Source: Candidatus Omnitrophota bacterium (GTDB taxonomy: Bacteria; Omnitrophota; Gorgyraeia; Zapsychrales; Fredricksoniimonadaceae). Taken from it: a DNA stretch of 64,000 nt. Below the pieces are notes generated by a model, which ran no database searches, was not told the origin of the DNA, and saw nothing but the letters and a program-made list of their open reading frames with translations. Position numbers and translations under genes: made by a program. Where the stretch lies: NCBI GenBank assembly GCA_903836515.1, contig CAILQW010000004.1, forward strand, positions 5,036-69,035, given 5' to 3'. The first letter of the stretch is position 1; each line of letters starts with the position of its first letter. Shown one piece after another: positions 59,483 through 64,000 of this stretch.

Positions 59483-61069
59483 CTAAGCCTGGAGGGGGTG
59501 TTCAAGTTCGTAAAGGTATTGCAACACTTCCAGCTCATCCTTGTCGAACCAGACCCTGCCGCAGGCGCGGCACTTGTCCACTTCAACGGGAAACTTCGGA
59601 TTGACGAACCGGCGCTGCATGCGCGGGGCATCTCCCAGGCACGAGGGACACACGATGCTTTTTTCATCATAAATGCCGTCAAAAGGATTCTGCCTGAGCG
59701 GCCTGGCCTGACGGCGGATCAATTCAGCCTGCGCGCCAATGCGCGGATCAAATGTTTGTTCCCGGGTGTGGACAATGTGCAGGACATCAAGTTCCCGGAC
59801 AAGGGCCCCGCCGCAGGCCGTACAGAAGAAGACTGAAACCCCCTCGTACATCTCCGGGGACAGCGGCACATGACAACGCGGGCAGGAATCTTTGGCCGTT
59901 ACCACCGCGGAGGCCGCCGCCATCAGCCCCGGGCCAAGCCGGGGATCGCAACGCGCCTCGGCCTGCGCCGGAGGGGCATAAAAGGCCTCGAAACGCGTTT
60001 TAGCCTGGGCCAGCGCGGCATCAAGGTCCTTTTCACTGCCATGGGCCATATCGAGGAGAATAGCAATGCGCTTTTCCGCCGGAGGATGTGTCGTAAAGAT
60101 GTCGGCGAAGAGATTGCTCGCCTCTTCAAGGGAATTGCGGCGGGGATTGGCAATGAAAATGGCTTCCATATTCTGCCCCGGCATGCCCGCCCCCTTCCAG
60201 CGCGTGCTGATGATATGCAGGGCTTCGGCCAGGGCCATGGGATTGCGGGTCAACTTGGCCGAAAGCGCATCGGCGCGGTATTCCCTCTGGCGGGAAATGA
60301 ACATCGCCCCCAGATAACCGATGAAACGCAAAAGGGATGCCAGAATAAAAAGCATCAGGAAAAAAAGGACAAGCCGCCCGTCATTGCTGCGCCGCTCCCG
60401 GCTGCCGGCATAGGCCGCGCCCACCATCCCCACACGGCCCGAAGACATGACCAGCCGCAGGGTGATGTCGCAAATATTGTCAAACGTCTTGAACAGCGCG
60501 CTTATGGTCGTCGTTTCCCGGCAGTCACCGCTGGCGATATGCCCGGCCTCGTGCCCCACCACCCCTTCAAGCTGTTCACGGTTCAGGCGCATGAGAAGGC
60601 CTTCGGTGATACCGATCACACAGCGCCCCTGGGCATCCTGGAGGGCAAAAGCATTCATGGCCGCGGTCGGAATGATATACGGTTCAATACGGTACTTGCC
60701 GCCCGTTGCCACAGACGCCTCCTCGACCACGTTCCGGAACATCTTTTCATCAGAGGCCTGTTCATCCGCCAGGCGCCCCCCCATCATCTGGAGGACCCCG
60801 TCAATGAGCGCATACTGGGAATACTGCCAATGCACCGCGCCCGCCGCTACCGCCCCCAGCAGGGTCCATCCCGCCGTGGGAAGGTCCAGCAACGGCCAGG
60901 AAACGCCCCCCGCAATATCCACCGATGTCAGGGACGAAAAATAAAAGAATGCCTTCGCCGCATAAACCAGCGCCAGCGCCGAAAGAAAATAAAATGAAAG
61001 AAGGAAAACCAGCGACAACTGGATCGTCGCTGTTTTTTCCTTCTCGATCTGTGTGAATGAAAACGGCAT
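59483..61069 (-). CDS. M48-family zinc metallopeptidase with two C-terminal zinc-ribbon modules
   Basis: HEAGH + downstream E, 4 TM; C-terminal CPRC...CTAC and CPSC...CRAC. Confidence 0.75.
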   Translation of the reverse strand: MPFSFTQIEKEKTATIQLSLVFLLSFYFLSALALVYAAKAFFYFSSLTSVDIAGGVSWPLLDLPTAGWTLLGAVAAGAVHWQYSQYALIDGVLQMMGGRLADEQASDEKMFRNVVEEASVATGGKYRIEPYIIPTAAMNAFALQDAQGRCVIGITEGLLMRLNREQLEGVVGHEAGHIASGDCRETTTISALFKTFDNICDITLRLVMSSGRVGMVGAAYAGSRERRSNDGRLVLFFLMLFILASLLRFIGYLGAMFISRQREYRADALSAKLTRNPMALAEALHIISTRWKGAGMPGQNMEAIFIANPRRNSLEEASNLFADIFTTHPPAEKRIAILLDMAHGSEKDLDAALAQAKTRFEAFYAPPAQAEARCDPRLGPGLMAAASAVVTAKDSCPRCHVPLSPEMYEGVSVFFCTACGGALVRELDVLHIVHTREQTFDPRIGAQAELIRRQARPLRQNPFDGIYDEKSIVCPSCLGDAPRMQRRFVNPKFPVEVDKCRACGRVWFDKDELEVLQYLYELEHPLQA

Positions 61070-61088
61070 CGTCAGTGTCCGGAAAGGC

Positions 61089-61643
61089 CTAGAACTTCAC
61101 CTGGGGCACATTGCGTTCTTCCGGGATCTCCAGCTGAAAAAACTCGGCCGCCTTGAACCCGAACTGCGCCGCGATAAGGTTGGAGGGAAAAGACTGCACC
61201 GTGGTATTGAGGCGGTTGACCTCGTCATTGTAATACTGGCGCGCAAAACTGATCTTGTTCTCGGTGGTGGTCAGCTCTTCCTGGAGGCGCATCATGGTCT
61301 GATCAGCCTTGAGATTAGGATAATTCTCGGAGACAGCCATCAGGCTCCTTAGAGTCGATGTGAGCATATTCTCCGCCGCGAGCTTGTCCTTGAGCGTGCT
61401 GGCATCAATGGCCATTTGACGGGCTTTGGTAACACCTTCGAGGGTACCCCGCTCATGGGCCATATAGCCCTTGGCCGTTTCAACGAGATTGGGGATCAAG
61501 TCATGCCGGCGCTTGAGCTGAACGTCGATCTGCGACCACGCATTCTGCACACTGACACGCAGCTGAACCAACCCGTTATACGCACCGATCACCATGAGGA
61601 CCAGCACAACAACCACACCCAATATGATCCATAGCGTCATCAT
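61089..61643 (-). CDS. lemA: LemA family protein
   Basis: N-terminal TM then LemA core (YNGLVQLRVSVQNAWSQIDVQLKRRHDLIPNLVETAKGY). Confidence 0.85.
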   Translation of the reverse strand: MMTLWIILGVVVVLVLMVIGAYNGLVQLRVSVQNAWSQIDVQLKRRHDLIPNLVETAKGYMAHERGTLEGVTKARQMAIDASTLKDKLAAENMLTSTLRSLMAVSENYPNLKADQTMMRLQEELTTTENKISFARQYYNDEVNRLNTTVQSFPSNLIAAQFGFKAAEFFQLEIPEERNVPQVKF

Positions 61644-61770
61644 ACAACCCTCCTGTGTTATTTATGTCATCCCGGGCATCAACGTGACGCAACCCCGGCA
61701 TCACACGCCGCGCCTGTTAAAGATTCAAAAATATTCCCTTTAATAAAGTCTTTTATTTTACAATAAACCC

Positions 61771-62205
61771 ATGCGTTTGCCAACCAATCTCGGATTAAAA
61801 CTTTACCTGATCCTGTTCACCATCTTTGCAACGGGATCCCTCATCTCTCTGGCCATCCCCGAAGGCGGCACCTTTACCTATTATAATATCATCATAGGCC
61901 TCTGGGATACGGCCAGGATCTGGTATATCCTGGCCCTGCTGGACGCGATCCTGTCCTGCGTCACATTCATCCCCCTGTTCCGGCGCGCTTTTACGCTTGC
62001 GCCGCGCTGGACCCGCCTTTTCCGCTGCCTTTTCATCCTGCGCGTGGCGACATTCTTTTGGGGCCACAATTATGAATTCCTTGTCGTCCGTGCCGCGTTT
62101 CACGGAACACCCTACATCGGAGGCATCACGCTGGGTGTCTGGCTCCTGTTCATCTATCCCTCATTCAGGGAACACCACACCTACGCCTTTGGTCCCAAAA
62201 AATAA
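61771..62205 (+). CDS. hypothetical 4-TM membrane protein (only clear plus-strand gene)
   Basis: 144 aa, hydrophobic helices; no family recognised. Confidence 0.4.
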   Translation: MRLPTNLGLKLYLILFTIFATGSLISLAIPEGGTFTYYNIIIGLWDTARIWYILALLDAILSCVTFIPLFRRAFTLAPRWTRLFRCLFILRVATFFWGHNYEFLVVRAAFHGTPYIGGITLGVWLLFIYPSFREHHTYAFGPKK

Positions 62206-62298
62206 TCCCCGCCTGACCGAGGGTCAAACGGGGAACGTTATATATTAAAAACACCGATAGAAAAGGGGGACCCATCGGGTCGCCCCTACTACAAAACT

Positions 62299-64000
62299 TC
62301 AAACTTGTCCTTTTGCCAATAGTTTCTCCGCCGGACCTGCTTCCATGCCTAACAAGGGCAACGGGCTTTCGATGGGGACGATCTTCAAGATGATGCCCTC
62401 AACCCCCGTGAAATTACCCTTCTGAAATTCCGCGACCATGGCCGGATCAAAGGGCATCTCCACCCCCTTGCCATCCCTGACCACATCCAGGCTCATCTTC
62501 CCGGCATTCAAATCGATACCGCCGTCTATTGCTTGGTCTGAAACTTTTTCATCAGGCCGCTGCGCCTTGTCTTTTCCCCCACCCGGAAGTTTCTGCAATG
62601 CCGCATTTATCGCCTGGATATTTGCGTTGATCTCAATCAATCTCTTGTTCGCATCGTTCTTACTACGGCCAATCACCAAATCAAGCGCGATTCGCCTCTT
62701 AAGCTCCTTTTCCTGAGAATTCTCTTGTTGCCGCTGAGCAATCCTGGCAAGCTCAGCCGTCACTCCCGCATGTTCTTGGACTAGCTTATTTAATTTATAA
62801 TGCAATTGCTCAGCAGTGTCTCCTGACACAACACGCAACGCTTCCAATCTTTCCAAATCCGGTATCTTCGAAGGGGCACATCCGTAAAAACTCCCTCCCA
62901 ATACCGCCCACAATAGTAACCGCATTGCCATTGTTTTGCTAACAACGCTACTCTTGAACTGCGCCGCGTCAAAAGAAATGAGCTTGATCGAATTTAAAGG
63001 CAATGACCTGGCCGCTTCCAAAGAATCTGTCTGCAAACGATAAGAAAAAGTATTCCCCACAGAATTCACGAAAAACAGCCCCCTGCGCCACTTACCTTCA
63101 GAATAAATATCAATTTCAAGCCCAGGTTTCTTCCGTGGATCCTTCAAAAACGCATCAACAGTCATCGAGGTCTTCCCAAACATACTTCCAAACATCGTGG
63201 TTTTCCCGTTAGCCAGCACAGATCCCAAAACACGTATGGCCTTGCCCTGAACAACATCATTAGACGGACCATCATACACACTCACCAAGTTTGCCCCGGG
63301 ACGCATTTCCTTCCATATGTCCAGAGGTAGAGAAAACTCCTCCGCCGCGTCAAACGTCTGAATGGTTTTAGAAACTTGTTCAATCTCGGTCAAGAAAAAC
63401 TCTGTGTTGAAATTGCCTGATTTATACGGCGATTCGTAAATAACTTTTCCCTTCTCAACGCCTTTGAATATCGCACCCGGGATCACATTTTCCTTATTCA
63501 TGGCATGTGGAACCTTTTCTCTTCCCTCTGGTGCAATGAGCAAATCAATACGCTCGCCAGGCTTGATCTTCCCATGCGCGGCATACGTGACAAAGACCTG
63601 CGGGCTCATCATGCCCAAAGGTGTTGCTGATTGCAGGTCCGTATAAAACCCTGTCAACGACCGTGCTATGGTTTGTAAAACACTTCGCATGGCAAGTATC
63701 CTGTTACGGCGAACTTCCGGCCATCGTAATCCCTTCAACCGCGTTCCCCAACGTAATTTCAACCGGACATTAAATGCATCATGCTTTGAACGTAGGAGCA
63801 CCACCCTGACACCCTGAACCTCGCCCATGATATTGTTCATAAAACCAAGAAAATCCCTGGCATCCGCCTCCTGGCCTGAGAACACATTTATCGACGGAGA
63901 CTTGCCATCCTGGAAGATGTTCAACCGATCCCATAATTCATTGATACGGCCGATATCCGTTTCAAACTGACGTTTTAAAAAACCGGTCTGTTGCGCCGTT
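62299..64000 (-). CDS. large hypothetical protein, N-terminus outside window, low GC; internal lipoprotein-signal-like helix
   Basis: Reading frame open from 64000 down to stop at 62299 (>566 aa); ~47% GC vs ~60% elsewhere; internal MAMRLLLWAVLGGSFYGC. Confidence 0.45.
   Translation of the reverse strand, partial: TAQQTGFLKRQFETDIGRINELWDRLNIFQDGKSPSINVFSGQEADARDFLGFMNNIMGEVQGVRVVLLRSKHDAFNVRLKLRWGTRLKGLRWPEVRRNRILAMRSVLQTIARSLTGFYTDLQSATPLGMMSPQVFVTYAAHGKIKPGERIDLLIAPEGREKVPHAMNKENVIPGAIFKGVEKGKVIYESPYKSGNFNTEFFLTEIEQVSKTIQTFDAAEEFSLPLDIWKEMRPGANLVSVYDGPSNDVVQGKAIRVLGSVLANGKTTMFGSMFGKTSMTVDAFLKDPRKKPGLEIDIYSEGKWRRGLFFVNSVGNTFSYRLQTDSLEAARSLPLNSIKLISFDAAQFKSSVVSKTMAMRLLLWAVLGGSFYGCAPSKIPDLERLEALRVVSGDTAEQLHYKLNKLVQEHAGVTAELARIAQRQQENSQEKELKRRIALDLVIGRSKNDANKRLIEINANIQAINAALQKLPGGGKDKAQRPDEKVSDQAIDGGIDLNAGKMSLDVVRDGKGVEMPFDPAMVAEFQKGNFTGVEGIILKIVPIESPLPLLGMEAGPAEKLLAKGQV

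Noticed and set aside
62299-63924. Splitting the 541-aa track ORF into an upstream gene plus a 210-aa lipoprotein starting at MAMRLLLW
   Set aside because: There is no in-frame stop between the two parts, and the frame continues open to the window edge. A >550-codon open frame in ~47% GC DNA is unlikely by chance, so it is treated as one protein with an internal hydrophobic segment, although an internal restart cannot be excluded.

Overview
Window content: a ~64 kb bacterial chromosomal segment, about 60% GC, with nearly every gene on the minus strand. I worked by hand translation of the supplied ORF track and direct reading of the DNA, so coordinates not taken from the track may be off by 1-3 nt.

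From low to high coordinate the window holds:
- **nuoABCDHIJKL:** an 11-subunit-type NADH:quinone oxidoreductase operon with no nuoEFG. nuoL is cut by the window edge.
- **Contiguous haem and cytochrome supercluster (6.9-25.3 kb):** hemL, two AsnC-type siroheme decarboxylase subunits (AhbA/AhbB), two radical-SAM/SPASM enzymes (AhbD-like and AhbC/NirJ-like), hemB, a cobA-hemD fusion, hemC and a Met8/SirC-like precorrin-2 dehydrogenase. This is the complete siroheme-dependent alternative haem route.
- **Cytochrome block inside the same supercluster:** a ~680-aa beta-barrel OMP translationally coupled to an octahaem cytochrome c, a monohaem cytochrome c, ccsA, ccsB/resB and hemA, plus a 3-TM membrane-anchored heptahaem (ImcH-like) cytochrome. 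I read this as a candidate porin-cytochrome extracellular electron-transfer system co-localised with haem synthesis and System II cytochrome c maturation.
- **Downstream genes:** an SDR/DUF2867 protein, a fused EtfB-EtfA, ETF:quinone oxidoreductase, a polyprenyl synthase, a stand-alone REC, a YhcH-family protein, an IMPase-family protein, and a classic MoxR-DUF58-DUF4381-BatABCDE aerotolerance operon.
- **Signalling and lipid genes:** a REC + GAF/HD-GYP pair, two paralogous 7TM-GAF histidine kinases, a thioester-reductase-like SDR, a FadL-like OMP, and fabD-fabH-plsX-rpmF-yceD.
- **Housekeeping and window end:** coaD-rsmD, a short pyruvate kinase, a low-GC zeta-toxin-like P-loop protein with a coupled 50-aa antitoxin-like ORF, recG, an M48 peptidase with zinc ribbons, LemA, one plus-strand membrane protein, and a compositionally deviant (~47% GC) large protein cut by the window end.

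Non-coding structure: two ~150-nt copies (~88% identical) of a multi-hairpin element in unrelated intergenic regions (42955-43106 and 56447-56602); a three-copy GGGCGGG...CCCGCCCCT palindromic (REP-like) family in the hemD-hemC-sirC intergenics; a large nested inverted repeat between the ahbA and ahbD-like genes; and several intrinsic-terminator-like hairpins. No CRISPR array, rRNA or tRNA was seen.
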